A stretch of 56,849 bases of DNA, the filler included, from Catajapyx aquilonaris (lineage: Eukaryota): assembly GCA_000934665.2 (NCBI GenBank). It is 3 parts of 3 records of this genome, joined end to end, with 100 filler letters (N's around TTAATTAATTAA, not from the genome) between each part and the next. Parts side by side here need not be neighbours in the genome. Positions count along the whole stretch, not along the records: positions 1 to 18,872 come from KZ539561.1; positions 18,973 to 37,897 come from JYFJ02006586.1; 1 more part is not named here. The stretch is one strand, 5' to 3'. The translations under genes were made by a program, and so were the position numbers. The notes under the pieces are model-generated. The model saw only the letters and a list, made by a program, of their open reading frames with translations. It ran no database searches and had not been told where the DNA came from. Of this stretch, positions 12,405 to 24,436 are shown piece by piece. Within the stretch, counting starts at the first letter, position 1, and each line of letters begins with the position of its first letter.

Positions 12405-14697
12405 TTAAAAGAGAACATTCTGAACATTCAGAAAAAATATAATAATCAAACTGCAGATGTAATTACTGTGGGTCATGTGACGATGTGAATTTGGAAAATT
12501 TCTTAAGTGGCTCATAACTGTATGGTTTAAACCTATTCCAGTTTGAGGATTTTAAAAATCTATGAGAAGCAGCAACAACATCTTACTCGACTTCATTTGA
12601 AAATATGGACAAGAATGATTAAATATACAGTAATTGTCATAACTCATTCATTAGAATAATATTGCACGTTTTCTTCCATCTACCAATACATATTTTCTAG
12701 AGGGAAGGAGTCCATATTCGACCATGCGCTTAATTCCGACCACCATGATATCTCCGTGGTAACGTGTTGCAAATTGCTGGTGACAATGGTAAAATGTCAC
12801 AAAGACGGAATTGGTGAGCTGGCAGCACCGTTGCGAACATCCGTGCATTGTGCAGCCTTTGACACCAGTTTGTTTTTAAGCGCATGGTCGACTGCAGGGC
12901 ATGTTATCGTTGGCCATAATTTCCCAGCAATTAAGCTATGCTATTCAATAATTCATTTTAGCCTATGATGTTGCTTACACTCTTTATTTGCTGCAACTTG
13001 TCGATGTGAACCAGCAGCCACAGTAGAAAGTTGTCATGTTTCTAATTTCGGCTACCTAAGCGTTCATAATAATTTCGGATAGGGCCATACCTACCATACT
13101 ATCAAGCTCATTTTGACAGTTCCATTTATGTCGCGGTAACTCGAGAAAGAAGCCACAGAAAACATTTGCTCATCTGTACTACCTGCTGTTAAAACGTTCT
13201 ATGATTGTACTGATCAAGTCATTATTCAACGGCATAATTTTATTTTTTTTGCAAATAGGGAAATCTTTTCATTTTCATCATGCAGATAAACCAGTTTTCA
13301 CTGCATTTTTATTAAGCAAGCATTTAAAAGCATTCACAAATTTAGAAATGTTTTTTTTACACCTTTCATCCCATTAAAATGCAGGTGCCGAAATTAGGAA
13401 CACTTTTATTTATTCCAGGGTCACCTCCATGAGTGCCTCCCCCACCTAGACAGGGTATTGTCTCTCCGCCATATTGGAGCTAAGTCAGATAGGAAAAAAC
13501 CATATAAAAAACAGTTGAAAAAAAACAAAAAAGAATCGCTTCCCAATTTCCTAGCCTGCAGCATGCAATCTAGCTCCAATATGGCCGCACCATAAGGACT
13601 ATGTGAAGACAATACCCTGGTTAGGGTGGGGGAGGCAACCATGTAGGGGACCCTGATTTATTCAAGTGCAAAAATGGGTGTTTTCACTTTTTTTATTTTG
13701 TTCTTTTTCCTATAAATTATTTTAAAATTTCCCTTGCGGGACCTAGTAGATAAATGTTCATGTATTAACATTCATTTTCCTTACATTGCTGCGTTCAGCC
13801 ATTTTCTAACAAGAGGAAAACAACATAAGGGATCGAAATTTGGGCCCTTTACCCTATACAGCATGTACCGCAGGACATCAGAGGTAGACAAAATCCACGG
13901 TCATTTCGATAAAGCGATATACCTCATACATATGGCAGTACCAGATGTCCCAACTTTACCCACAAAGCTCGCAGTTATGTAATGAATTTGCTTGCACTCT
14001 TTCTCTGGCTTCTTTTTTCGCTACTGGCGATGGTAGAAGAAGGCAGTTAAAAGAATCTCACGGAGTTTAATAGTAGAAATTTTGGCACGGGACGTCACAT
14101 CTGAAGGCACAGGACTGGCATAAAACTTCAGGTGGAGGCCTAATGGCGTCACGTGGAAGTTTCTCAGTGACAAACACCCAAAATGCGCCAGGAAATGCGC
14201 GGCAGTTTTCTCAAGAATGATCCTAACTCGTGAGCGCTTCCATAGCGGACCACATTTTCCTCTTTCCCCTTTTCCCAAAAACTCTAAACGGGAGGGAAGG
14301 GAACACTCGGGAAAGGTTTCACTCTTGGGAGAGCCCACCTAAACGTCTCCCCCGCTTGCCGACGATGGTAAGAGACACCTCTCACCGACGCTAACAATTT
14401 CACAAATGCTAACGTTAATATCGCCCTGCAGAAGTCGTTTAAAAAAGTTTCTCTCTCTCTCTCTCTCTGACTCCCCCCCCCCACCCGACGCCCTTTCCCA
14501 GGCCCGGTTCCTACATTGCGTAAGAATAAAGGGGGAAAAAATTTCACGAAAGGTTTTTCTAGCTGCTTTAATATTGTGCTGTCATGAGGTTGAATCCAGC
14601 TTCAGCCACCAATTATATTGATGCCTTTTCGTCAAGCAAGCGCTCAACTACGCAATATTTCAATATTGCTCTTACAGTCATGCACTATATCTGAAAG

Positions 14698-14826
14698 AAG
14701 GGGTTAGCCACTTCGGTACTCCGGTGTACACCTGCAGTGGTAGTCCCAGATACTCCTTCTGTACTCCTTGTAGTCCTTGAATTTGGTACTCCAGTGTACA
14801 CTTTACAGTCGAGTGGTTAACCCCTT
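14698..14826. mobile_element. Small MITE built from gtactcc motifs
   Basis: aaggggttagccact ... agtggttaacccctt; related copy at 55061-55199. Confidence 0.7.
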
Positions 14827-16228
14827 GATATGAAAGGCCTGAAGTGAGACATCAGTTGCCTTATCTGACCAGTGTTCAATACGATCGTAAATCCAGCACG
14901 TATTCCCTGTTCCGAAAAGCCGACAGCTGCACGATAGTCAGGGAAATATAGTCAGGTCATGTACAGAGACCCCAGTCCAAAATGGCACTCACCTGCACAC
15001 AATTCAGTTTCAATAAGTCCATAAAAGTTGGGGGAAGCAGTAGCGGAGAAAGAGAATTATTGCTTCTAAATGACGAGTCGAGAAAGTGGCGCGAGGCGGA
15101 TTATCTGCATGTGCGAGCACGAACAACAAGCTTTCAACTTTTTGGGTCGTTGATTGCCTGAAACCAGCCGTACTTTGCACCCAATGCAATATTCCTCCTT
15201 TTGCGTCCAAAATGCCTGGGGCGCATCTTCGGCTTTTCAAATGATAATGTCCCCCCTGGGGGGATTGCACCGCGTCACAAAAACATTCATCATTCCTCTT
15301 ACGGAAGACGACGTCAGATCCATAATAGATGGGCGACAACGCAAGTCCCCTCTAAGACGGTCTTTTCTAAATGAATGAATTCCCGGCATAGCCAGCGATT
15401 ATAATCCCAGCGCTTATCGTTGACAAATAGGTGGCTGAGAGAGTGGAAATGGGCCTGGGGGAGGAGGGGGAAGGAGGCGAGAGAGAAAAAAGTTAACTTC
15501 AAACTCCTCTGTTATAGTGTCACAAGGGTCTGCTATCGGCCTACATGAAAAAAGTTTGTGAGTTTCCCTCAGAGGATGGTCACAAACATGGTATGAATCG
15601 AACCAATGTCCTGTATACTCTCGCTTACATTAAAGTTCCCATATTATTTGTTGATTTGGGGCTACCAACAGAATAATCGCGATAGTGATATGAGCTTAAA
15701 ATACTTAGTCAGGTTTCTAACTTGGGAAAGGTGGCTGAGATAAATAACTCACTTTCACCCATTTTGTCACATACAACGTTGCCTATGGCAACCCTTCGAT
15801 TGAAAATAAATTCTCTATTGCCCTCTTGACATAAGCCAGGCAATTTCTGCAATTTCACTATTTTTATTTTGAAGACAATATTTCAAAATAGAGAAAATAT
15901 ATGTTTATTTTGTGTTATTTCATACCTGATCGACTTACTTATCTCACCCATTATTGAAATATGATGAGACATTCTTTTTAATATTTGAGAGAGGGAGAAT
16001 TAAGAATTTTCTTTCAAATGAACGACAAAACTGGAGGGAGAGAAAATATAGAATTTTGTTTACATACGATGAAGGTCCATCATCTCATGTGAAACTGAGA
16101 TATTACAATTTGAAACTTTGAAGACCTACCACAATTCTTGTGTACATCCTAACGTTAGTTTGAAAGTTATTATTAATGGTACAGTACATACCATGGGGTA
16201 CATGCAACAATTAAAACCAATATTGTTG

Positions 16229-16430
16229 TCAGCATCGGTCTTTATTTATAAACATCAGTACCACATGTGGCAAAGGGCAGGTCCACTTTAAAATGTCGAT
16301 AACCATGGGGTATCTATATGGCATGAGGCTCTGCAAATCATTGTTTTTCGCTTGAGAAATTGGCAGCCGCCCTGGATACATCTCACGAGGCTGATCTGAA
16401 GGTGCTACATGCCTCTTCACAACAATCGAC
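16229..16430 (-). pseudogene. Sola-like DDE transposase C-terminal remnant
   Basis: Peptide EMYPGRLPISQAKNNDLQSLMPY resembles the LY.GPLPIS.AK..DL..L tail of Sola1-type transposases. Confidence 0.55.
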
Positions 16431-16431
16431 G

Positions 16432-17465
16432 CACAGTATTACCAAATTGAAAAAAAAGGTGGCCAAAGGTCAGAAAATGACAATTTCTTGACAAAATTTA
16501 TCAGTGATGTAGCTAGGCCCCCCCTCCCCCGAACTCTTGTTGATTTTTAAAAAAATCATGTTTTCAAATTAGTAATTAATGATTTTTTTGGAAAAAGTGT
16601 GACCTTGAACCCAAATTTTTTCGCCTGCAGCGGGCCTCCTCCCCCGACCCTTTAAGTTTATGCTCCTCCCCCCCCCCCCCCCNCCCCCCGAACTGGGGGT
16701 TTTCATGGTCGAGAAATTCAAATAAGTTGCTAAAGATTCAAAATTCAAAATGGCGGATCCAATATGACCGAAATATAAAAGTAAAACTACTCAGATTAAA
16801 GCGAAAATTGGGACTTGTGGGATTTCCCAGGTAGGAGGTTTCAATTTTGCTATTGTTGTGGTAGCGTAAGTAACAAGCACTTGGGATGTAATAATCACTT
16901 GAGATGTATTAATCACAACTTGATACACTTTGATCTTGGTGGAGGGATGAGAGGGAGGTGTGTGTGTGCAGGATCAGGAGGAGGTCTATTGTCTCTCTAC
17001 TGGATGGGTTTCTCTCCGGTGGTACATCTTGTCCGCTAGGTGGCTCAGTATTACAACAACTATCATGTCAGCCATATTGGTTCCACCAGATTTAATTTCG
17101 AAATTTTAACCACAGATTTGAAATATTCTGCCTGGAAAACACCAAAATCCAACAATTCGATGTAATCTGAGTAGTTATACAACTAAGATGTCCGCCACAT
17201 TGGATCCGCCATTTTGAATTCGGACAATTTAACAATACGCTTGAAATCTGCTACCTGGAAAACCCGCAAATCCCAATTTTCGATTTAATCTGAGTAGTTT
17301 TACTCTCAGATATCTGCCATATTGGATCCACCATTTTGAATTTTGGATTTTTAGCAACAGATTTGAATTCCCCGACCATGAAAACCCCCGAATCATGAAT
17401 CTTGTCTGGAATATACGTAATTTTCTGACATTGGGCAACTTTTTTCCAATATTGTGTCTACTGTG
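16432..17465. mobile_element. Transib-like non-autonomous element
   Basis: Both ends read CACAGTA...GAAAAAA...gtcagaaaat; internal repeats of about 120 bp containing aaaatggcggatccaatatg in both orientations; no intact TSD. Confidence 0.6.
16854..17058. mobile_element. Short solo LTR (205 bp) nested in the Transib-like element
   Basis: TGTTGT...ACAACA termini; 5-bp TSD gctat/actat with one mismatch. Confidence 0.65.
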
Positions 17466-17989
17466 AGTCATTTCGATACGTTTTGTCCTGCCCAGGACAC
17501 AGAAGCAGGTAGAAGCAGCTGAATTCAGCTGCATCCGTTCCAGAAACTCCCTGTCCATGTTGTAGGCCACAAACAGTCGTATTTTCTCGTATTGTCCGTT
17601 TTGTAGGCCTACTTTTATGAGGAAAAGCGCTAAAATAGGGGGTTTCGGAAACGGTGTTAGTAAAGGGCCAAAAGTTTGTATTAGGTACTGTACGTGATAA
17701 TTATATCATTTTATCCACAAAGAATGGAGTCATTACATGGACTGATCAAAACAATTACTACATACTCCTGGAAATGTCTATACACAGCCAAATGTTGCAA
17801 GTTTTAACATGAAAATGAGAATTTCGCGCAACTGAAATTTTAGTCATTTTTGAGAAGCTCCACACAAGTTCGGAGTAACTTTGCCACAAAAAGAGTGCAT
17901 TGTTTCATGCTCCCATTATATAAGAATGGATGGAGACTATTGACAAGTTTCTCCAAAAAAGCACAAATGTTGACTTTTGACCGGCTTTT

Positions 17990-18600
17990 TTCGATTTGGT
18001 CATTTCGTCGCGACGATCCCCATGGCCCATCAAAAGTGTTCCTGTGAAAAATAAGCTTGGGTTCGCTTTCAAGGATATTCCACTGTCTGCTTTTCAGAAT
18101 AGGAAATCGGCAATTGGGGACAGAGTTTTTGTAGGTATGTAGTGTATGTCTTAAACATATCCTGTTCATATAGAATTACGCAAAAAGGATTCGGCTTTCG
18201 ACGTGCATCTGCAAAAATCATGGCCCAATCGGAAGGAACAATCGTTTCAGAACGCTGATTTATAAAGCCAAAATCTTTGTCACACTCCATTTAACTGTAA
18301 CCTCTAATGGGAAATGTCACTTGGATTGTTAGAAACATATGCAAAACTGTAAAATGATAGCCTACATGAGCCCTCTGACGAATGTGTAACATAGTTTTTA
18401 TTTTGCCTCGCATTTGCAAAAGCAGTTCCCTATCGCCGAGTGCAAGGGTGGACGTTGATCATTTCCCCCCTAAAGGTGGTGGACCGTGGACGCTTATCGT
18501 TCTTCCAACAACGCCAAATACAGTATTTCAGCGCCTCTCATAGCGAACTATGATCATTTCACCACAACAACTACCAAACCATCATAATTATTCTGCGATA
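17990..18600 (-). pseudogene. Sola1-like transposase remnant
   Basis: QNKNY...TFPIRGYS*MECDKDFGFINQ...PSDWAMIFADARRKPNPF...HRNTFDGPW; matches the GQNKN and GHSYMECDRDFG motifs; inverted paralog at 38320-38700. Confidence 0.75.
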
Positions 18601-18872
18601 GTCAAACTATTCTATGGTGTGGCAGTCTGCCTATTGTAGTGGCTGCTGCCAACAGAGGGCAGCACTGTGGATAGGGTGGGAAGCCACCTGGCGGATGTTG
18701 AGGGAAGGTGAGGAGACGAGGCGAGGCAAGGGAACAGGGTGGTTGGGTGGGAGGTGACCTCCTGGTGTCCTGTGGCTGGGGGGCCGTTGGGCCCCATGCC
18801 CTGTGCGTAAGTGTTCTGTGTGTATGCTGGGTATGATTGTGAGTGTGCAATAAACAGTTTTATACAGGAACT

Positions 18873-18972
18873 NNNNNNNNNNNNNNNNNNNNNNNNNNNN
18901 NNNNNNNNNNNNNNNNTTAATTAATTAANNNNNNNNNNNNNNNNNNNNNNNNNNNNNNNNNNNNNNNNNNNN
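18873..18972. other. Scaffold gap with artificial TTAATTAATTAA linker
   Basis: 44 N, ttaattaattaa (18917-18928), 44 N; same construct at 37898-37997. Confidence 0.95.
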
Positions 18973-19289
18973 CAAGTGCTAAGAGTTTACGCATGACTCA
19001 CGTTCCTTCCCCACCCGCAGGTCGCCTTTGTTCTTTGGATCTGCTGGGTAGCAGAGGTGGGCCTTTCATGAGTAAGGAGCCAGTCTAAACCCTGGCCCAG
19101 CCCTGGCCCGTAAAGTAACAGTGCTGTGGTGATCATATTTACTGTCCAGGGTAATAGGTAGCATGCCGCCCACGGAAACCTCCTTCAAAATTGGCGCAAA
19201 CCCACGACCCGACACCCGTGCGGACCAAATATGTTGTGGACCAAAGACGGCTGAGATGTCAGACATTTTCTGCCAAGGCCCGGTTGGCG

Positions 19290-19476
19290 GCGCGCGCGGA
19301 GGGAGCGGACTGGGCCGGGCGGGGAGCTCTTTTGCGCCAGATTCGAATTTCCGAAATTTGACGGCTCGCCATGGCCTTACCGTTCGTCTCTCATGAAAAC
19401 TGCTTATACCCTCGGAATCAGGATTTTTTGCCCGATTTTTAGAATCCAACTTGTATTTTGAGTGGAGTGTCCCTTT
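19290..19476. mobile_element. Terminus of an AAAGGGACACTCC-type TIR element; the matching terminus type is at 45610
   Basis: caacttgtattttgagtggagtgtccctttaa is the reverse complement of ttaaagggacactccactcaaaatacaagttg at 45608. Confidence 0.65.
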
Positions 19477-21653
19477 AATTCAAAGTCAAATTCCTCATAT
19501 CTCGCAGTCAACCAGGCATTTCGGTGTACCCTTTCGATTGGCCTCCGCGTTTTTCCCGCCAATTTTGAAGGCACTTTTAAATGTGTCGTAATTTATCCAG
19601 TAATGTCATTTTGATGCAACAGAGTGATGGAATGTATGTTTACAGGCCTGGGCTAGCTAGTTATGAACAAAAATCCCAAATCCCAGACCAAGGCTAGTTC
19701 CCCATTACGTTGTACTCGTACTGTATCAACCAGGCTAGAGAATTATAAATTCAGCAGATGTCTAAAAACTGATACATGATAAGCATGTAATGTTTGAGCC
19801 CCATTTTCACTTGGTAGAATTATGCAGATTTGGCATGCCTCTTATTGACGAGATTTTTGCTGCCCGAAAGAAAATTGGTATTTCTTTAATGAAAGGGAGG
19901 GAGGCAAGTTTAAAACAGTTACCGTACTTGTTACATGTTTTTAAAAAACCAAAAAGTAGGCCAGTCTCAGAAAGTGCGTGCTGCACTACTGCAATAAGTA
20001 CAGTACTCTGTAGATTGTATGTACTGTACCGTTCATAAATAAACATGCGTTGGAAGTTGATTACTGGATAAATACACTGTACTGTACGGTGAAACCTGTG
20101 ATGTTGGAAACACTTACTGTATAGTATACAGCATAGTGTATGGTGGACACTATTCTATGTTGGACAATATTTTATTCCGAACCGTGAGTGTCAAACACAG
20201 ACAGCTTTTACTACTGTATATTCGGGTCCTTTTAGTTATAGCTTTCGCTCAAAGTTGTTCTTTTAGTACAGCCTTTTGCTCTCTGATTGAGGTCACCAGG
20301 TGATAAAAAAGATAAACTATACCCAATACTGACAGCTGATGTGTATTCGACCACATCACCTGGGAATAATAATTAAGCACCTCGATCGAGCCCCAAACTT
20401 AATGGATTGCACAAAAACAACAGATTTGGGTCCCGGTATGTAATATCTAAAAGGAGTCGAATACAGTACTGGAATACACTGAATATAGGCTACAGTAACG
20501 TATATGGGCCATTCCACATCAACTGGACCCCCTTTTGCCTCGACCTCCTCTGTTTTTGTGCATATTCAGCTGTATTATGGCACCAATGCATGGATGTAAG
20601 TAACCAAAGTGTTTGCGACATATGGTTGCCCAACTACAGGGTCAGCCGGTCAGCGCCGTACAGTAGGCCACACAAATATTATATGCACTCTCGGGGCCCA
20701 CATTTTATATTTTTCGCCAAAATTCTAGATGGTCGAGCTCCCACCCCGAACTGCTCTGAAATTGACCAAAATTCTGTCATTATCAGAGGGTTTTATTCAT
20801 CGCATATACTGTACAGGTACAGTACATGCATATATCGACAATATTGAGCGCTCTGTTCGCACCTCTCATTTGTTTATCTATATATGTTTTATCTACCTCC
20901 TGCCTGTTAGAGCACTGTGATATTATTTCCCGGTAAACTCTGGACTGTAAAATGTTATGTGAGTATAAGTACGGTTACCGTCAGTCAGTGAGAGTATATA
21001 TGATGCTGAAATAGGATCGATTCCGACCGGAGGGTTTAGTCTACTTTCCGAGCGCCTGGAATAGTGCACTTTCCTGTTATGCTACTGAAGCCTTTTCTAA
21101 ATAGACTCGACCACAGACCAGAGCTATAAGATGATATAAAAAAAATTCATTATGCGGGAAACGTAGTGTCGCAGTTCACTATAGGTACAGTACATTTACC
21201 GCTTCGTTACACATCGACGTAGTGCCGACTCTGGCCAATTTACATAGGCACATGCATATTTAGAGTCAAAACCCCGGTTCCTGTATAGCTTGAGCTGAAA
21301 ACCATGCGAATCGTTAAAGGCAAGACATTTTCAGCACGAATGTGGATAATAAGTAGTCTCTTCAGTCATGCGCGTAACTTCTTTCTATGAACCTCAAGGG
21401 GGAAAAAGTTGGCGACACATATACTAAGCCTGACGACTCCAGAAATCCGGTGGGAGGTCTATTAAAAAGTTAGAGGGGATCCTTTTACTCAACAAGTGTA
21501 CACATTCTGTAAACTACTGTATCTTGGTGTTCATTTCTAGGACATTCGAAACAAGTTAGAATTTTTTTCCCCCCAGCGAAAACTGCGATTCGAGGATCGT
21601 TTTAACGGCCATGAATTCAAAACATTTTCAGAAAAAGGATCATCTTTACTTAC

Positions 21654-21818
21654 GAATGAGAAATTGATGGACTAGGATCTGGATTCTGGAAAGTCGTGAT
21701 CGGCATTCTAATTGGACTGTCAACTCTTGAGGATAGGTTGCAAATCGACTGCTCCTCCATCCCTTCACAGTTGGGCCATGGCTATGAAGTTCTCGAGCTC
21801 GAAACCCTTCTTCCTCGC
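21654..21818 (-). CDS. CEP104: Centrosomal protein 104 kDa, coding exon 2
   Basis: ttgtctcag|...|gtaagt; 165 nt, phase 1/1; (S)EEEGFRARELHSHGPTVKGWRSSRFATYPQELTVQLECRSRLSRIQILVHQFLI is close to the CEP104 N-terminus as I recall it (GHEDGFSARELMIHAPTVSGWRSPRFCQFPQEIVLQM...LQLLAHQYMI). Confidence 0.9.
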
Positions 21819-22319
21819 CTGAGACAAGAAATTATATAAGTAGACACATACATGAGTACCCTGAGTAAATCATGCGCTTGTTTAAATTAGCAAAAAGAAT
21901 GCTACTCATGTAACTCAAAATCGTTTTAGCCGAGTTTGTGTTTCAGGTTATAAATGATCTCTTATACCGGGTTTATTAGGTTAAGAATGTGGATTATTAG
22001 TGAGATATTTTTAAGAGGGCCAAATTATTTACCAAAAAATATATTGAGCTTTAGAAGAACCCAACATTCAAAATTATCCCAAATGCCCAATTATATAGCT
22101 ATTCGTTCCGGGTAATTGCAGGGTAATTGGGTAGAAACAAAACTCAGGTAGAATTACAACCAAACCGATTGGCTCATATAATCATATAATCCAGGCCGGG
22201 TAAGGTGTGTAGTCTATTATAGCATTTGGCTAGCAAGCGTTTTAACACAGTTTGCCTCATTTTCGACCTAAAACGATTTTGCATGCAGATTAAATCAAAT
22301 ATTTGACATGATAACTCAC

Positions 22320-22359
22320 TTGTGGCGCTGATCACACGGAAGTTAATTTTCTTCAGCAT
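22320..22359 (-). CDS. CEP104: CEP104 coding exon 1
   Basis: ATG at 22359; MLKKINFRVISAT plus 1 nt, then gtgagt donor; phase matches exon 2; similar to CEP104 MPHKIGFVVVSSS; acceptor tttttccgattgttgcag just upstream implies a 5'UTR intron. Confidence 0.85.
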
Positions 22360-23170
22360 CCTGGCACATCTGCAACAATCGGAAAAACGCACAAATTAAT
22401 AATACCCAGCGGAAATAATTACGTACAGAAGTATTGGCAGGTATTTCTAAAATGAGACCCCCAGAATCATTCTTTCAAGGTCCTGCTGCAGTCTTCCGTG
22501 CAGTTCAGAGGCGTCAAAACACGGCATCAACCCATTACACCCCAGTATAACCAATATCAGTACGACATTGAAAAACCCGGCTACTTACATGAACTAATTA
22601 TTGTCAGTGATGAGCACAGTATGGATGGCATGGGTGGACAGAAGCACCGCACAACCACGCCCCCTTTCTCCACATGCACAGGTCAGAGGGCAGGAGTGAC
22701 CACTCTTTTGCAACAGGTCACCCACGCGGCACTCAATCACCCATGTCAGCCTTGGAAGCCGCTCACTTCCCCGAATATATTTTTTGGCGCACTTTTGGCA
22801 CACAGCTTCACTAGCCTAGGACTGCTTCTTGCGAAACGAGCATGGGAGGCTTTTTGGGCGGATCCACAACTTTCCCCAAGTCTCGAAGCTCGGAAAATCG
22901 ATAGGAGTCTCGCGCAGCTCTACAGATACCAAATGCGGATGGGAAACAGAAGTGCCCTCTCGATGTGCCCGCTCATTTCCGTTGGACTAATCATGTGTTT
23001 CGCGCCAAATGCGTCGAATTGGTGACCAAATTCGGGGTCAGGGATTGTGGAAGTTTGTGGTTATTAGACAATCCCTTATATGAGCTCCAAGTCCGAGCGG
23101 TCCAGATGGGTTATTTTCATATCCTAGATGTTTCCTCATGGACCTGGGGTCTTGAATGGTAAGGGTAAGG

Positions 23171-23580
23171 GGCATGGTAAGGATGTTACATCCGCAAGTA
23201 TAACGGAGGCCATCCTGTGCATCAGACGACCCACACAGCAATGAAGCTTGGGGGTTTGCATAACCCGCAGGATGTACGAGTATGCAATGAGAATGCCCCT
23301 CATTCCATGCGTATTACTATACAGTATCTCTGTAATAGATTCGAAATTGCCAAAAATCAACTAGGGCAATTTTGCCTAAAATTGCCCTAGTTGATTTTTG
23401 GCAATTTCGAATCTATTACAGAGATACTGTATAGTAATACGCATGGAATGAGGGGCATTCTCATTGCATACTCGTACATCCTGCGGGTTATGCAAACCCC
23501 CAAGCTTCATTGCTGTGTGGGTCGTCTGATGCACAGGATGGCCTCCGTTATACTTGCGGATGTAACATCCTTACCATGCC
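23171..23580. repeat. Perfect 410-bp palindrome (203-bp arms, 4-nt loop GCCT)
   Basis: Arms compared block by block with no mismatch; no TSD. Confidence 0.97.
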
Positions 23581-23726
23581 ATTATCTCCATGGATTCAAT
23601 ACTGCCAAATTCAACCGGATAATTTTGTCTTAGAAGACCTCAAGGAACCTAGGTCCCACTATCCTGTATTCTACTTGTATTGCTTATTTTTCAACGCAAG
23701 AGGACATATGTATACTATGTAGCCTA

Positions 23727-23891
23727 CTATGGGGCTCAAATTCTTTTGGCCACTTGATCCTGGTCTTGAAGGTTGAAGCAACCCTTCACACACACCCACA
23801 CCCACACAAACACACCTGCTCACTGTGGGGCCGGTGCGAAGGGTTGCTTCAAGACCAGGATAAAGTGGCCAAAACAATTTGAGCCCCATAG
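23727..23891. mobile_element. Small foldback MITE
   Basis: ctatggggctcaaatt ... aatttgagccccatag; arms of about 50 bp. Confidence 0.75.
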
Positions 23892-24118
23892 ATACAGTAC
23901 GTATTGGTCCATGATGGTCAAACAATATTTTTTAAATTACCCCTCCAAACTTAAAAGGCAGCCATTAAGTACCGTCTGCACAATATACGGTATGCTTGTT
24001 TGTTGGACCCACACATTCCCTGCTATGTATTTACTCTGCTTCTAAACAGTAGCCTACTGTACCCTTTCTGATCCTTGGTCATGTGGTCATGCGGTCATGT
24101 GACAGTAAATGGTACGGT

Positions 24119-24436
24119 CAGGGGCGGATCCAGAATTTTTTTCTGGGGGGGGGGGGNGTTGGTGGTGCATGCAGAAATCTCTCTTCGGGGGGGGGGGTGG
24201 GGCGCAGGGCCCGCCGCAGGAGATTTTTTTTCCTGTTCAAGGTCACAACCCTTCCCCGCGACCCCTTTGGGGTCGCGACCGCAAAACGGAAAAGAACCCA
24301 TAGAACAGTGCAATTTTGCACTGTTATAGAGGGTTTTTGCGAGTTTTCTCCCCGTTTTTTTCTCTCTTTTTCCCCGTTTTTTTTTCCTCTGGGGGGGACG
24401 GGGGACGTGCTCCCCCCCCCCCTAAATCCGCCACTG
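24119..24436. mobile_element. hAT MITE, poly-G/C family
   Basis: caggggcggat ... atccgccactg; perfect 8-bp TSD ggtacggt. Confidence 0.9.

Noticed and set aside
12420..13100. Possible pogo DDE remnant (LSTV...VAANKECKQ)
   Set aside because: Too short and degenerate to support
15010..15339. 109-aa minus-strand ORF as a CEP104 exon
   Set aside because: No similarity to CEP104 in the frames examined
18917..18928. TTAATTAATTAA island inside N runs (also 37942-37953)
   Set aside because: Symmetric six-frame-stop linker centred in a 100-base gap; an assembly artefact. Order and orientation across these joins are uncertain.
22498..23025. 175-aa plus-strand ORF
   Set aside because: GTG start, no recognisable domain, and the DNA looks like non-coding transposon interior
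23136..23633. Two near-identical ORFs on opposite strands (MIFGNFES...)
   Set aside because: A consequence of the palindrome; TTG starts, no coding evidence
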